This document shows, piece by piece, positions 1-20,575 of a DNA stretch of 30,606 nucleotides (its first letter is position 1; each line of letters starts with the position of its first letter). The notes under the pieces were generated by a model. The model was not told the DNA's origin. It searched no databases and saw only the letters and a list, made by a program, of their open reading frames with translations. Source of the stretch: Balanoglossus misakiensis (taxonomy: Eukaryota > Animalia > Hemichordata); NCBI GenBank assembly GCA_040954595.2, contig CM082577.2:11077777-11108382 (forward strand), in the 5' to 3' direction. The translations under genes were made by a program, and so were the position numbers.

Positions 1-6740
<6,740 letters not shown>

Positions 6741-6960
6741 ATCTTATAATCACAATCATGAATATTAATATGCATAAAATATGAACATTTAATACAACAG
6801 AATCAACGTATTAGTTTCTCACTTTTGCTGTCTATGGTCTAAGACCCAAATTGAAATAGGCCGCTACCAGAAATTGAGAGTCAGTCTCTGCTGGCTATTT
6901 GTGGGTTCGATTAAAGGCGCCACTTGGCTTGGTTCGGTGTAAGCGATTAGTTGGAGAGAT

Positions 6961-7838
6961 TACTAATAATAATAATAATAATATTTAATTCTTAAAAAAC
7001 GCTTTCCATGTAAAAAGACATCCCAAAGCGCTGTACATCGCTGCTAAAAAATACAAAGACAAGTAAAATGCTAAAAATGTATAATAAAAAATAGACAATG
7101 GTTAAAAATGGATAAAAAGTCATTCCCTGATTTAAAAACATTAAAATTCTCACTGCTACGGAGTGGAACGGGTAGCTTATTCCACAACCGTGGTGCTCCT
7201 GTAGAGAATGACCTGTCACCATAAAAGACTGTGTTAACTTTGGGATGATCAAAAATAAAAGAACAATCAGTTGTAGAACGAAGGTTACAGACAGAAGAAC
7301 GAACACTTATGAGCTCCTTCGGGTACGACGGAGCCATATTATTTAAAACTTTGTAGGTTAAACAAAGAATTTTAAAATCAATCCGTTTCTGCAGTATAGG
7401 AAGCCAGTGCAATCTCTTAAGTAGTGGTGTAATATGTTCTGTTTTCCTGCTTTTAGTGACTAAACGTGCAGCGGCATTCTGAATAGACTGTAACTTGTTG
7501 ATTTGATAATTTGGCAGACCATAAAGAAGGCTGTTACAATAGTCTAACCTAGAAGTTACAAAGGCATAAACAAGTTTTTCAGTTGATTCTTGGTCTAGAC
7601 AATTCCGGATTTTACACAAACTGGAAACATGTGATGTCATGGTCATCATAATATCAAATGTGACACCAAGGTCAATCACTGAAGGTGATGAATGGACGCT
7701 GATATCCCCGACTTGTACATCACACTCTCGTGGTCGGTCCCTATCGCCAAACTTAGAAGAGAATCTAATAACTTCGGTCTTACTATCGTTAAGTACAAGC
7801 ATGTTATCATGCATCCATTGGCGAATTTCACTTATACT
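6961..7838 (-). mobile_element. 5'-truncated non-LTR retrotransposon (CR1/L2-group-like LINE), C-terminal part of ORF2 with (TTA)n tail, intronic and antisense to the Roco gene
   Basis: ORF 7071-7814 has the typical post-RT motifs 'N.SKTEVI', 'DLGVTFD..M.M..HV', 'LVYAFVTSRLDYCNSLLYGLP...I.KLQ.IQN.AARLV', 'HITPLLK.LHWLP', 'GDRSFS..APRLWN.LP'. A (TAA)n run at 6961-6984 on + is the 3' simple-repeat tail. Confidence 0.92.
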
Positions 7839-8323
7839 AGTAATATAAATCTCTATTTACCATAAATACAGATAAATTCGTCCAATGTGTTCACAGCTAA
7901 ACATGTAACACATAGCTTAGTTGCATGTATTTGCCACAAATATGTTGATACAACGATTAAAGTTGAGCACGCGAGAAAAAACATCGAACGAGTGCCCAGT
8001 TAAGCTACATGTAGTCATTTGAAGAGTGTTTCTTTTATCTGTCAGTGGTTTTTCTCTGTGCAAACGACCGGGGCATGCATTGGCATATGATAAATCGGTT
8101 ATCGCCCAATTTCACCTATTCGTTGAGGTGACACGTACGATGTATCACACGATAACCTCATTCGGGTGCGGTATGCATTCTCAATAGATTCATTCGTGCA
8201 GAATGTAAATGGGGAAATAATAAGAGCTGTAACGCCAACCAAATAATTTACAATAACATATTGCTAAGACCATGAATAATAATTTGACCTAAACCATATC
8301 CACCTAAAACATAATATTAGATT

Positions 8324-8410
8324 TATACATAATTCCCCCGTATTTCGAACTCGTGTATCTGAGTTCGCGACGTAGTCACACGAGTGAGGAATACGGGGGA
8401 ATTATATATA
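8324..8410. repeat. Small inverted repeat/hairpin element (~21-bp arms) just upstream of the first Roc exon acceptor
   Basis: tatacataattcccccgtatt (8324-8344) vs aatacgggggaattatatata (8390-8410), one mismatch; inner ctcgtg...cacgag also pairs. Confidence 0.7.
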
Positions 8411-8452
8411 CTTTATATTTATATTTTCCATACCTTTTTCATCAATGTTCAG

Positions 8453-8666
8453 GTTCGAAAAATTCACAGGGACTTGCAGACGGCTGCAGAAAGTTCATCT
8501 ACACTTAAAAAGATCTATCGAGGTCGTATTATGTTGGTTGGGGCATATAGTGCAGGGAAGACATCAACCAAACGGAGTCTATTCGACGAGCCTTTTCAAG
8601 AAATATATCACAGCACTGATGGAGCCGATATATACAAGATAGACATCACAGATTGGATAATTAATG
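8453..8666 (+). CDS. Roc exon with P-loop (VRKIHRDL...GAYSAGKTS...STDG)
   Basis: Acceptor ttttcatcaatgttcag|GTT in phase 0; donor AAT G|gtatct in phase 1, matching 9253 (G+AA=Glu). Confidence 0.9.
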
Positions 8667-10011
8667 GTATCTCATAAATGAATGTTTTTATACTGCAGCC
8701 GTGCTCAAAATCATTTAGGGAAGTCTAGTTAACTCTTGGACTTTCTGAAAGTATTTCTATTGAACGTAAGCACAAATGAGCATATATCCCGGGAAGGGGC
8801 TAATAAAATTGTATGTTGCAATTTTTGAAACCATGATTCTGTACTGATATTCATATTGCCTGACATACACGTGGATGCAATTTATCTAAACAAATGGGCG
8901 CATGCTCCCATAAATGCTATTTTAGAAGATGCTGACAAAACTGTTATTATTTCTACTACCATGTAACCAACGACCGTTTTCAATGAGACGAAGTGCATTA
9001 TTGGTGGGTGTTGGGTTGATCAGGGTACAACATACAAGATAAATTTCTTATAATCCGTACAAAGGGTATTGGAATATCGATTAGACAGAAAGACAAACAA
9101 ACAGATAAGAACCAATCACTGAGGTTAACCAAATTATAGGAAGTCTTCATGACTACATATATTAACAGCTACAGATCACTTGAATCGACATGGAAGCTGT
9201 TTACTTGTATGTTTTGGTGATAACATATGACATATTCCGTGCTTTTGTTTAGAACGTGTCACTGAATTCCAAGCCGGCGCAAAATCACCAGAAGAGACGC
9301 AGAGGTTACTAGAAGATGTTCTTCTTCTCGGGATGACCGATAACAGATCATGTAGCTCGACTGGAGCATCTTCCACGGACGTTGCCAAAGTAGCTGATGT
9401 ACTGGGTGCAATCAAGCTGAAAGGAGAAGGAATACGGGATGTTCAGAGGCGACTTCAAGATCGTTTGAAAACGGCCAGCGACCATAATGCACCTGATATG
9501 TACTTCAGTTTGTGGGATTACGCGGGACAAAGTCTTTACTACATCACCCATCAGGTATATGTACACAAATCTTCAACCGTTGTTGCGTTAATTACATAGC
9601 TGCGATGCAACAATCTAATGATAATGCAACCATAGTTAAATATTGCAAGACTTTCACTTTTTAACATACGATGCGAATCTGAAAAACCATGCTCATTTTC
9701 TTGCATTGTATGTACAGTTCTTGTGTCCTAAACTCAAGTTGGTTGAAGAAATTGTAATGCGTATTATGCCTGGAAGATAAAGTATGTTGCGCATCCGCAT
9801 GACTGCTTCACGTTCACATTAACACCAATGCGAATCTCTCTCTGTTATATTTTATTATTCAATCTGAATTATTGTGTAGCGAAAACAACATGAGTGTAAG
9901 CCTGTATTTCTGATGAAAGCTGAAATCCTTACGAAGCATTGAGATTCTTAAATTCTGTCTGTCTGTCTGTCTGTCTCTGTCTATGTATCTGTATCTCTGT
10001 CTGTCTGTCTG

Positions 10012-10060
<49 letters not shown>

Positions 10061-10291
10061 GTCTCTCTCTGTCTGTCTGTTTCTCTCTCTCTCTCTCTCT
10101 CCCCTATCTCCCAGGTCTTTCTAGCAAACCGTGCAATTTACCTTCTTGTCACTGACCTCACAAAATCCCTCGACGATTCCATGTCTACGAATTTGGAAGA
10201 TGAGTGGACAGTAAAGGGTATTTACCACTTACATTGTGGCCCAATAATATTTATTAGCAAAGTTATAGTTGAAATCATACCCTCCATATAT

Positions 10292-10374
<83 letters not shown>

Positions 10375-13300
10375 GGTATCTATTTATTTACTTATTTATT
10401 TACTTATTTATTTATTTATTTAGATGTGAAGATTAAAATCTTCACGTGCGATCGACGGTTTGCTCTCCGTCGAGTTACGTGTGGGTGCAGGGCTTTTATG
10501 TGTCGTTATTGCAGTATATTTTCGAACCCACAGTTTTGCCATTCTTCCAAACAACAGATAAGAATGTTGTCATTACATGGTCATTAAAAAATAGAGAAAA
10601 TAAATGCTGGCGAAAATTTACAAATTTTATATATGAGATACAGGCAATCTTAACATTAAGCCCCGGTATATCAATAGCCCAATCAACTAATGCTGTCTGA
10701 CGAAGAGAAATTCTAGAAACATTGCACCTTCAATAAGGATAACTAAAACTCGAACCTTAAAACCTTATATTACCCGAAGAAACATTTGATTCACAGATAT
10801 ATGCCTCCCTGCCTCTCATCCAGCCATCCACGCAAACGCACACACGGACGCTCACGCACACATACAAGCACGCACGGACGCTCACGCACACACACCACGA
10901 AATAACTCTCGTTTTCAAAAATAACTTCCTTCTAAGGCAACTACGTTTTTTTTAGAATTCCTGAGTTTTTGGACGAACTCGATTCATACCCATGCAAGAC
11001 CAGATAAAAGTGTGGAAGGAACACCTGCACCACCTGTCATCGTCTTAGGAACCAAGAAGGACCTACTCGTACAGGTAGGGCATTCAGTTAAACATTCATT
11101 GGCAAGTCATTTACTGAAACACATTCTTCCATTTGGATTACAGTCAAATGTGCAATTATTGGCAATACAATGAAATATGCTTATATCGTACACATTGTAC
11201 AACACGTGCTGCTTCCCATGTGTTAGGGATGTGATTGGTATAACACAATCTTCTATTTGTTATTACTCCCCTTTGCAGGGAAACCGCCCTCGTCGAGATG
11301 AAGACAAAGATATCGAAAGAGCGGCTAAGGAACGTCTTAACGAGATCAGGAACTACCTAAGAAAACATGCAACCAAGGCAGTTAATGCACATGTTGTCGA
11401 CATGATTGCCATTGACAACAAGTCAAGGAAAGGCGATGGCACCGTTCAAGATCCAGGCATTGTAAATCTTCGACAAAAGATACAGGAGCTTGCAAAGGAT
11501 CATTTCTATCTGGGGGAAGTATCCGTAAAGTGGGTACGCTTGGAATTGTCAATGAGGCGGCAGCAGAAGCAGACGATGACCTTAGACGAAGTGAAGAAGT
11601 TGGGAGAAGGTTTAGAAATGGGGGAAGATGAAATAAACGAAGCTTTGGCGTTCTATCACGATGTCGGGGAAATTCTACACTTCACGTCAATACCAGAACT
11701 CAGAGAAACTGTCATCTTGGATGTTGGCTGGTTAGTCAACCTTTTCAAGATATTGATCACCCAGTCAGTTGCAGACCAGGAAGCAGACGTCCCACCAAGA
11801 ATGATCGGTCTGATTGAAGAGTTGAATGGTGAAGGAAGATTGCATGACGAGTTGTTGGATTATCTACTGAAACGCCACGACCGCACGGATGACAAAGCGA
11901 TTCTCCTGGCAACATTGACAAAGCATGACGTCCTTTGGGAGATGCCTGGCAAACCTGGCGTGTATTATGTACCAAGTCTACTGAAGAAGGACGCAGAGGG
12001 GAAGAATAGTGCTGTGTTCCCAGCAGGCTCCAAATCATGCGGTCCACTCTATTTCCATTTCACGGGGAATTTCCTTCCGGAGGGGTTATTCTACCGACTT
12101 GTTGTCCGATGCTTGAAGCGATGGCCCAACCGAGAAATCGTCCTGCGACAGCATAAAGCTCGCATATTCATCATCAGAGATGATTTGCAAATAACTCTTT
12201 GCAAATGTGGATCGGATATCGAGCTTGACGCAATACTTCTCAACGACTCACAACGTGACCCACGCCTACATCCACAGTATCTCAGAAACGTGTACAAGGA
12301 GGTTGTCAACGAATTAGAGCAACTTATCAAGACGTACGCTCCCGGCTTGGTGTATAAAGTGTGCATTAAGTGCGACTGTCCAAATCACATTCCGGGGAAA
12401 TTACTAGAAGGTTCTGAAGATACAGATGACCGATGTGTTGAAATCAAAGAAAATGCAAGGCGTGTCGTCTGTCCTCAGAGCGCCACATCTATTAAGTCTC
12501 CAGCTTTGGATATGTGGTTTGGCAAAGGTGAGCTTTTTATGTATTAAGAAAAACTGTTATCCACTTAGTCAACTGTAAATATAACATAATATTTATTATG
12601 AGGAGTTCTCGTTTAGAATGTAACGTTAACTGCAGTCAGCAATTACTAATCCGTTATACATCAGGGTCTTTCTGCTGATAACAACAAGTCATCAATTCCT
12701 TGGTTTAGACATCTTGCGTGTGGTCTGTCAGTCAATGCACAGCTTACGTACAAATTTTACGCATTACATGTATATAGCAAAAAAACATAATGCCACTTTT
12801 CTAAAGGTAATTTTGTTTTCATTTAGTGACGACAAGAAATAAAATCATTTCTGACTTTCGTTTTAATTTTAGATCATGATGGACGGATGGAAATGGGAAC
12901 AAGTGTACGTAGCCAGGATTCTGCGGAAAGTGGGAGGTAGTTAATATTACAATAGTTTAAATTGATCCAACGGAGCCGCACATTGAGATTAATAACCATT
13001 GAATGATATTTTGCACTCCTCGCGGTCAACACCACACTGCATGCTCTGGCGGAAAGATATGTTTTAATATTTTTTGTTACCAATTTGAAATCAACCTCAC
13101 CTGATTAGCATGATGCCCCACTCTGTTATTAACCGTTGATGGCAATCCGATGACTACTACGTACAACTCAACAATAATATGAAAACCCAGAAAAATAATG
13201 TTTGTATAATCAATCAAGAGACAAATGGCCTGTAAGTCAAACATCTAACTAAACGGCGATAGCATTCCGTTGGTCTTTATACATTTTATTTTAGAGATAT

Positions 13301-13751
13301 AAGTGGTGCCTTAACACCCGCTTATGAAAACTGTGGATGCAGGGATCAAATCATTGATCGCGTCCTAACTAATGAGTAATTAGATTATGCATACCCGATT
13401 TTGGGGATAAAACTTTCCAGTTTGACATTTCCCTTTTTCGTCGCCAGTAGGCAGAAGAGCGCTTCCCGACTTCATCCTCTGACAAAACTATACGATGAGT
13501 TAAGCGAAGAAATGGACGAGGATGATGAGAAACGTGTGAAACTTCTACTGGGAGATAAATTGTCAAAGCGGGAACGGAAGGAACTTCGCAGTCCCGCGGC
13601 CATATTCCAGAGGTTACAGGATAAAGGTTACATTTCAGAGAAGGATCTGAGCCTCTTGAAAGATATACTTCGCACTCTGCGCCGTGAACCTCTGGTACGG
13701 CGGGTACAAGCTTGTGAGAGAACACTGAATGCATGGTCTAAAAAGCCGTAA
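8453..13751 (+). CDS. Gene 1, 3' part: Roco-family protein (Roc GTPase-COR-DED), multi-exon; N-terminus lies upstream of the window
   Basis: Phase-consistent GT-AG exons: 8453-8666, 9253-9554, 10115-10217, 10956-11074, 11279-12527, 12873-12936, (13295-13375, less certain), 13448-13751 ending in TAA. Roc motifs: G1 '[14 protein letters not shown]', G2 'STDG', G3 '[18 protein letters not shown]...AIYLLVTDL', 'FWTNSIH', G4 '[11 protein letters not shown]'. No kinase or LRR seen. Confidence 0.92.
9955..10110 (+). repeat. (CTGT)n/(CT)n microsatellite forming the polypyrimidine tract of exon 10115
   Basis: Direct reading; ends in cccctatctcccag|GTC. Confidence 0.95.
10288..10422 (+). repeat. (ATTT)n microsatellite, intronic
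   Basis: Direct reading. Confidence 0.97.
11279..12527 (+). CDS. Large exon: end of Roc plus COR domain
   Basis: ccctttgcag|GGA ... AAA G|gtgagc. COR hallmarks 'KWVRLE', '[14 protein letters not shown]...[18 protein letters not shown]', 'YYVPSLL', '[14 protein letters not shown]'. Confidence 0.92.
13448..13751 (+). CDS. Terminal exon encoding a death effector domain (DED-like)
   Basis: '[76 protein letters not shown]' fits the six-helix DED pattern (RxDL position reads REPL). The phase-2 acceptor cgccag|T matches the upstream donor. Confidence 0.85.
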
Positions 13752-13843
13752 GCGAAGATCGACATTAATGTCCAACCATTTGACAGGTGAGGGGTCATCA
13801 TTTTCACTGTAATCAGTTTATTCAGCAAAACTACTCAATATTC

Positions 13844-13849
13844 AATAAA
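13844..13849 (+). promoter_or_regulatory. Candidate polyadenylation signal of gene 1
   Basis: AATAAA about 90 nt after the TAA stop; common by chance in AT-rich DNA. Confidence 0.45.
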
Positions 13850-14394
13850 AAGTATTTTGCCTATAACGTGAACGATCCGTGTTATGGAAAAAATGGTCTA
13901 ATTTAATATTCACCATGTCTTATTTTTCGACATGTACATTTCCAATTTGCAATTCACTTTGAGTGCTGCACATGCAGGTGGTGTATGTACTAGGCATGCA
14001 GCGTCTTGGCGAAAACAGGACTAACATTGTAACTGACTCGGTCGTTGTTTTGGAGAGGTCATCATGATGGGATTTGGAAAGGTCACTCAGTGAAAGACAA
14101 GATTAATCATTTTGAAATGAAACCATCGAGCATCTGGACATCAGTGATTAAAAGCTATAACGCTTCGTTGTCTGTACAAGGTTAACGTTCTCAATCATTA
14201 AATTACCGTACTAACCTTGCCCTGTATATGATTATTGTTGTTGTGACACTTGTTTCATTTCTCTCAATATCTAGAATGGACGTCTGAACGACGGAATACT
14301 CCTATGAACTTCGGGAGGTCATAGGTTACCTGAGAAGCCATATGCTTCAGAGGCAGTCCACTGACACTGTTGAGGTATAATCACCACAACGGAA

Positions 14395-15965
14395 GCATTG
14401 TTAGAATTAACTGTTCAGCGCCAATCAAGTAGTTTTGTTATAGGGTATAAGGATGGTGTTTTATTCAAACTGTATTTTATCATTTTAGCATTGCTAGAAT
14501 TAACTGTTTGGTGTCAATCCGAGTGTATATATATACAGAATTAAGTAGGTTGGTCTACTCAGATCTGAAATGTTGGTATACTTTAGCCAATTACTAAGAA
14601 TGCAATGCTCTTCAAAGTAAACTTAAATGGCCACTATACGTAACGTTGAAATGATGTTTGCATTTTTTCACAGGTTTTCCTGTTAGTGTCCTAATTGTTA
14701 GGGATGAATTTATATGTGGTGTCAATTTCACAACATCATGCAAATGACCAGCCATTGTTTGTGTGATTAATCAGTCTGTTTGTTAATTATCTCCTGATCT
14801 TTATGTTTTCTACTTTGAAAGGAACAAGTTCATTTATCATGCAAATTTATTACTTAAATTGATTGTTTGGTTGTTGTTTGTTTGGATTCAAGTAGTTTGG
14901 TTATAGGTTTTTTCTAGTTTGAGAGGAAAATGTACCTTTTATCACAAAGCGGAGTGATTGTTTTACAATTATCTTCAGTTCTGATCTTTACGGTTTCTAA
15001 TTTGAGAGGAAAACGGACATTTTTATCACAAAGAAGTTGTTTTACGTAAGTACATTGTTATGTTTGTTTGGAATCAAGTAGTTTGGTTATGTGGTACAAG
15101 GATTGTCTTTTATTCAAACCGTATTGTAGCATTTTGTGGCAAGGAAGATTTCGCCTAGTATAAGACATGATTCTTCGATAATCAGTCGGTGCTTCGATTA
15201 TCGTGATATTTTTTGTTTATTCAAACCATATTTTGTCAGTAATGCTAAGACTAAAAACGCGAGGATTTTCGTTCATAAGACATGATTATTCCAAAGGGAA
15301 ATGTACCCTGTTATTATACAAAGTAGACTGATTGTTACATTCATTGTGAGTTGTTTGATTTTAAGTAGTTTGGTTGTTGGGTATACGGATGACATTTTAT
15401 TCAAACCATATTTTGTCATTTTGTCAGCAATGCTAATAGTTAAAAGCGAGGATTTCACAGTGTAAGGCATGATTATTCGATAGAGAAATGTAGACTGTTT
15501 GTTACATTCTGTGAGTTGTTTTGTTTCAAGTAGTTTGGGTATAGGGTATAAGGAAGACGTTAGATTTCAACCCATATAATATTATTTTACCAATAATGCT
15601 AAGACTAAAAGCGAGGATGTTAGTGTGTAAGACGTGATTCTATAAGATATGCACCCTTTTGTCATTCAAAGTAGACTGATTGTTACATTCATTTTTAGTT
15701 GTTTGATTTTCATTGTTGTTTGATTTCTAGTAGTTTGGTTATAGGGTATAAGGATGACATTGTATTCAATACATATTTTAAAATTTTGTCAGTAATGCTA
15801 AGACAAAAAGCGAGGATTTCAGTGTGTAAGACATGATTATTCGAAATGGAAATCTACCTTTTATCAGAAAATTATTTGACATTTATTGTTAATTTCAAGT
15901 AGTTTGGTTATAGGGTATAAGGATGGCATTTTATTGAAACCATATTTTATCATTTTCTATACAAA
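14395..15965. repeat. Degenerate tandem repeat, about 8 copies with ~120-340 bp spacing, downstream of gene 1
   Basis: Core 'caagtagtttggttatagggtataaggatg..attttattcaaaccatatttt' recurs near 14426, 14545, 14889, 15075, 15362, 15527, 15728, 15896; several copies are followed by 'aatgctaagactaaaagcgaggattt'. Confidence 0.85.
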
Positions 15966-16364
15966 GCGATGATTTAGCTTAAGAGTTACATAGTCTTGAC
16001 GAAAAGTACAATTCCCCAATCCACATTTCTTTTTAAATGACTTTGTGCAAATTTGGGCGTGAATGAAACAAGCGTTGATTTTTCATTTCGTATTGTAAAT
16101 CTTTCGAGACAATTTGACATTTTTTTAATTGTGATGAGCATACAATAGTTGCAAATAATACGATGAGGTTACGTATAGGTCAACTTATTAATTCTTTAAA
16201 AAATATCATCACCTATAATTCTTGCAATTCATATCAAGATGATACTATGAGTTGATCAGAGTGTTATCCAATCTATGTAAACATATGATAACACAGCTTT
16301 TGTTTTACTAGCATATTACTTTGTGGGATAGTGTGTTGTTATGGTATGTAGCATTTTACTTTAA

Positions 16365-16615
16365 AGGGGAGGGGTCGTCCGAACTGCACATGTGCGACTG
16401 TTCTGTTGATAAAGACACCATCGGCGTTTCCCCATTGTTCAGGTAAACCCTGGCGACCAGTACCTGTTATATACAACTGAATGGGAAATGTGAAAAAAGT
16501 AACAACGCATTGTTTACAATAATGGACAGTGTAGCAGTTTACACCTACTTTATTGACTTGCTAGCAGTTGTGTCCTATGTGACCAGCAGACTTGACGACC
16601 TACCCCCTCCCCCCT
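16365..16615. mobile_element. MITE with TTAA target-site duplication (Kolobok-like termini)
   Basis: TTAA|AGGGGAGGGGTCGTC ... GACGACCTACCCCCTCCCCCCT|TTAA (TSDs 16361-16364 and 16616-16619). Confidence 0.75.
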
Positions 16616-19600
16616 TTAACCATTTTTATAGTTTTGTCGGGCAGTTATCTTTGTGTTTTTCATATATAGGATCAAATCGTTAATTCAGACCATCACAAAT
16701 GATAGTGATTGATCTGAAAATCTCGACGATGGCTCGGTGATTTTGTAGTGTATAGTCAAGTGGAAATGAATATGTAATTCGGGGCTGAAAATAGTTTTGG
16801 ATATCAGTGTTCCCTTCAAGGTTTTGGGTAGGTGCGCATTTCTGTGGTACCCAGAAGGCACCTTGGTAGCTGCCCAGTTTGGCAACAGTCCGAAAGGGTT
16901 GTCCCTCTTCTGGACATACCGTATGATGGATGCAAAACTGATTCACGATTTCTTTGTTCTTTTACTCAAACACCTTAAATCCTCAAATCACACTTCACAT
17001 GGCACTGGGATATCGTCTGTGGCCTTGAGTTTAGGCTTTAGTATAATCAACTTCTAAAATCAAACAATATGACTGAAAGTTATGAGCGCAAAAAAACATG
17101 AAATTCTAGTGCAAACAGACCTTAGAGGGAACACTGGTTTGATCCACGAAGCGTTTTAATGCCGTAAAAATTCTCTGACATTTAATATAATTGTGTGATC
17201 TTTGATGAAGCATTTCAATGTGTTTGTTTTTTCTGACTATTTAGATTGCTGTGTGAGCTTTATACATATTCCGGCGAGGAGAAAAAAAGTAATTCGAGTT
17301 GATTTAGATTTCTGTTTTGGTTACTTGTAATTTGCTGATATTCTTGACATAGTGTACATTTAATTTTCAAACCAAGGGACGCGGCTTATTCCTGGGATCG
17401 TCTTGAAGCCCGGCGCATAGTTGTACTATGAATGTGAACACTAGTATAATAGTGTGGTGGCGTTTGTAAGTTCATCAAGCAGTCAACGTATACATATACA
17501 CGCCGCAGTAAAACACCGCCCTCAACGCCAAAGCTGCGATTCCACACGTGTCGGTTGTGTAACTGTTTGCCTGATAAATCTCAGACAATTGTCCTTTGCA
17601 GATGATATATAAAATGGTGTATGCGTACTATCAAAAATGTTCGAATAAATGTAACTGAATGCAATCGAAATCTAAACTAGTTCTGTCATTATGTCGACAA
17701 ATCAAATCACAACGGCCTGGATAATCTTTAGATTTGGTGGAAGGCCTCTAAAATACTTAGGAGCTGTTCTCGTTCGCTCCATTAGTGTAGAATTTATCAT
17801 GGCCGAGAGTAATAAAACTTGAAACTTCAAATCCCGGACACAATTGACAACCGCCAACGACGCACCAATATGGCGCCACAAACGGTCGTGGAAGAAGTAA
17901 CCAGTATTCAAGATGGCTGGTTTTTCACAACAGGTGCGGCATGTTCACCCTGAAAGATTACAAGCAGAAGATGTTATTTTGATAGTTTTCACGTCACTTA
18001 TTAATCTTCAGGTTGTGGAGATAGTGGCATTGCTGTGCAGCGCCCTCATTCGCAAAAAAAGAGCATTGAAGGGGAGATGTTATCGTCGATCATCAAAACA
18101 ACGCCTTTCTCCGTTTAACAGCCTTGGAAGTAAAACTTATTACGGGATGACTTACTTGCCGTTTGATGATGCAAAGAATATTTGCCCACAGGAACGAGAC
18201 GGATCCAATGTACACAACTCGCAACGTTGGCGGGATAATTTTGAAGTTGATCACCTGTGAAATGTGCCAAAACCCCAATAGACTCAGCTCTAGCCATATT
18301 TGACATTGTAGCTGGGAAACTAGCGGTAGCCATCATTTTAGATTGCTCGCTAATGAATGAACATTCTTTATGTACAAAATTGTCGTTCGCTAGACTAGTG
18401 TCATTTACTGCCTTTTGAACTGTACACACCACGTTTGATTCAAAATTAAATATTTTCTATGGTAAATTTGGACCTTTACAGGGGAAACTGCTTGGACGAA
18501 ACGGTTAAAGGGTTAAACTAGAAATTGACTCTATAAACACTTTAACGAACTGGCAGACGACTTGAAAATCACACGAAATCTTTAGGCTGAATCATCATAA
18601 CTGTTTTTGTAATCATGTGAGAGAGACTAGAGTATTTTCACCGCCAGCGTTGATGCATGGCCGGCTCGTAAAATAACCGAAGATGGGCAAAGTACATGAC
18701 GGTTAATATTTGAAAAAAATACAAATGGTCGAACGGGAAAGCGCATAGGTGGTAGGGTGGTAGGGGCCAAACCACCGAAAGAAAGGGAGAAAGCCGAAAA
18801 TAACAAATACCATGACATACCTGTGCAGGTACCCAGAATGCAATGCTCGCCAGGTATGTCGGCAGACTTTTCTGTTTGGCTTCGGCAAAGATGTCGGACT
18901 TCCTTTCCATCGCAGACAGCACTGCAAATATCATTTTCCAATACTTTTAAGGTGATAACTGTACATCTTGAATGTTTTCTTTTGTGACTTTATTTGATTC
19001 TCGATTGCATCAGCGGGTGATTTGCGTGTTCTCATCAGACAGCTCTTCTGAAACACTACTACACGTTCACAACACTAGTGATAACATGTGTAAAAGACAT
19101 CAGTGCAGTTTGCTGTTAAAGCTACCTCTTCGAAATTCAAATATTTTTTGTTTATCTCAATTACATGTAATTCTGTCACAATTTAATACTAGACAAGTTA
19201 CATTTGTATAATTAAACCGACATTAGCAAACACAAAATGCAATTTGGTGATTGTAATGAAATGTAATGTTTCTGCGCATCCGCATGACATTAAACGTGAC
19301 GGTGTCTAAAATACCATTTGGGGTTTGGGTTTTATAAATTATGAGGCTTAATGACAAAATCTTACCCAAGATGAGAGAAAAGAATCCCCGGTACAAATAC
19401 TAATTCCCTTTATTTCTTTATTCCTATTCGGAGACATTTACGCGCAGAAAGCATTTTAAATTACGAGCGAGATGGGGGGGGGGGGGTTAAAACCAACTGG
19501 AAAACTTTTGGAGACTGTGCAGACACAACATGTACAAAAAAGTACTCGGTGGGTTCACGCTGTGAATGTATACGCTTCTATTTGGGGGGCGTGGGACGAG

Positions 19601-20575
19601 GCGATCGGAACTTCGAGATCTTGTAGTTTAGAGCTTCGGTGACACAATAAAGATTCCCGACGCATTGCGTTTAGTCACGTGCGGCCGATCAAGATGTCCA
19701 ATATTTAGCAGAAATATCACAAAAGAAATATAATATCTCAATTATAAAACATTCTAACGCTGGGTTTTGTATGAAGTTGTCATAAAACCATTCAGTCATA
19801 GTTGCTTTGACCTGGTTGGTATCCTGCTTGGATGTGATGCTGTATCCGGTTTTCCACATGATGCAGAACCGCCAACACAGACCTGTGGCAGTTTCATTTG
19901 TGCAACTTTGAGAAGATATTTCCGTAGAGCCGACACAAACAACTGTTATGAGTTATTCTTTCTAGTTTCATATGTGACGACTTCATTCTCGCTGTCGATA
20001 ATTCTTGGAGTGACGTTTGACCGATTCTGGGGAACTATTACTTTAGCTACACGAGAGGTTTTTCCTCGGGTGCTGCAAGAGCGCAGGAAGAAATTGTAAA
20101 TATTGCTCCTTTACCTTGAACTATTATTTGAACAATTTTTAGATTATCCTGCATTTCAACTTAACTACTGAAATCGTCGAAAATGAACGGTATATCAATG
20201 GTGTGATTATACACAGCGCCCTCAGTGTGGATCAACAATAATATTGTTCACGTTTATACATGACAGTGCCACCTACGTTGATTTGTGCCTACCACTTTCG
20301 TTTACTTTGAGAGACCCTACTCCAGCAATCTTCTATGCGATCCTGTTGACGGTTTTTTTTTCATTTAACGGACATACATGGACATGTAGGCCTTTAATAG
20401 TATTTTTTGTCAATTTTACTTAACTGATTGGCATTTCAATCAAACACGCGCTAAATTGGCCTCAATACTACCAAGAAAATACAGGGTTTTCTCAGGTTAA
20501 CATAAAAATATCTACATTAAACAAAACAAATGGTGTCAAATATCACGCCATATGTACTTCGGCAAGTGCTAAGGT

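Noticed and set aside
8202-8204. Solo CAG|AAT|GTAAAT possible extra 3-nt exon
   Set aside because: Weak donor, no long pyrimidine tract and not part of the repeat family; expected by chance.
16640-20100. Short ORFs and a piggyBac-like AAAGGG|TTAA end at about 18507-18516
   Set aside because: No recognisable protein motifs and no convincing partner TIR; probably old repeat debris whose boundaries I cannot define.
20210-20310. CTCF-like (cagcgccctcagtgtgg) and IRF-like (actttcgtttacttt) motifs upstream of gene 2
   Set aside because: Imperfect short matches that cannot be distinguished from chance without conservation or binding data.
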